Shown here one piece after another: positions 63,445 to 64,000 of a stretch of DNA of 64,000 nt (the first letter of the stretch is position 1; every line of letters starts with the position of its first letter). The DNA lies in NCBI GenBank assembly GCA_963701095.1, contig OY969564.1:1280001-1344000 (forward strand). Reading direction: 5' to 3'. This stretch comes from an uncultured Methanoregulaceae archaeon (lineage in GTDB: Archaea; Halobacteriota; Methanomicrobia; Methanomicrobiales; Methanospirillaceae). The position numbers were made by a program, and so were the translations under genes. A model generated the notes under the pieces. The model was not told the origin of the DNA, did not search any database, and was given only the letters and a program-made list of their open reading frames with translations.

Positions 63445-64000
63445 TGCCGATAGGACGAGTAACCCAGGTAGTTGACTGCCGCGAGGCGATGGGCATGGGT
63501 AAAGGAGGAGGGATAGCCCAAAGAGGCACCATCTCCGAATGCCGGTACCCGGATGTGATTGTGGTCGGAATGTCCCCCGGACGCCGCCATGTCACAAAAC
63601 CGGTGTGCGACATCACCTCAGGGTTAAGACAACAGGGCGTCGAATATAGCATCAGTACGCTTGTGCTGAATGCCGGAAGCGGCGTCCCCCCGGACGCCCC
63701 CAATATTGCCGGCGGCGTCATTGGCGCTTACTTTGGGCTTACCGATAAGGAAATCGCGCAGATTGAGAAACACAAAGTCGCTATACTTCACCATGGGAAC
63801 GTCCGATCCCATGTTGTGCACAAGGTTCGATTTATCCTTGAAAATTGTGACGTGAAAGCGGTTGTCGTATCCCAATCCCCGATTGATTACGAAGATCTCG
63901 CTAAAGAGGGTGTGAAGACTGCCTTCGTGATGCCCCCTGCCGACCGGATCCGGACGAAAGGCACGGTAATGGCGATCGTAAGCGGTGTCACCCGTGGTCA
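63444..64000 (+). CDS. mcrC: Mcr operon protein C, 3'-partial
   Basis: MPIGRVTQVVDCREAMGMGKGGGIAQRGTISE...MSPGRRHVTKPVCDIT; TAATG overlap with mcrD. Confidence 0.95.
   Translation, partial: MPIGRVTQVVDCREAMGMGKGGGIAQRGTISECRYPDVIVVGMSPGRRHVTKPVCDITSGLRQQGVEYSISTLVLNAGSGVPPDAPNIAGGVIGAYFGLTDKEIAQIEKHKVAILHHGNVRSHVVHKVRFILENCDVKAVVVSQSPIDYEDLAKEGVKTAFVMPPADRIRTKGTVMAIVSGVTRG

Noticed and set aside
1..64000. tRNA, rRNA, transposase or integrase genes
   Set aside because: None recognised by eye in intergenic regions or ORFs; tRNAscan-SE and Infernal would be needed to exclude small RNAs.

Overview
This is a 64-kb chromosomal segment of a hydrogenotrophic methanogen. Gene content and protein style point to Methanomicrobiales (Methanoregula-like). 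The left ~45 kb is mixed housekeeping and accessory genes: an Hsp70-like protein with DUF2997, Nfo, a DEAD-box helicase, hydrolases, a PKD surface protein, a vWA-PP2C-kinase (TerY-P/YegLKI) triad, Nre with DinB, aIF-1A, a MarR-ABC-RND efflux operon, an AguB-AguA fusion and an RNase III-domain protein. The right ~19 kb is a methanogenesis core cluster containing ftr, fmdG'-fmdF-hdrCBA-mvhD and mcrBDC. Next to ftr lies a nine-gene minus-strand operon with overlapping genes. It joins the 2-oxoacid elongation genes aksA/D/E/F to five genes of unassigned function: two TiaS-like/marker-11 proteins, a radical SAM enzyme, a truncated IorA-like ThDP enzyme and a Cys-rich protein. Their predicted chemistries match the unassigned late steps of coenzyme B biosynthesis, and this is the most interesting hypothesis in the window. 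About 15 genes carry single-base frameshifts. Many fall at AGCT or GTAC tetramers or in homopolymers, which suggests long-read base-calling errors at methylated motifs rather than biology. No rRNA, tRNA, CRISPR array or transposase was recognised.
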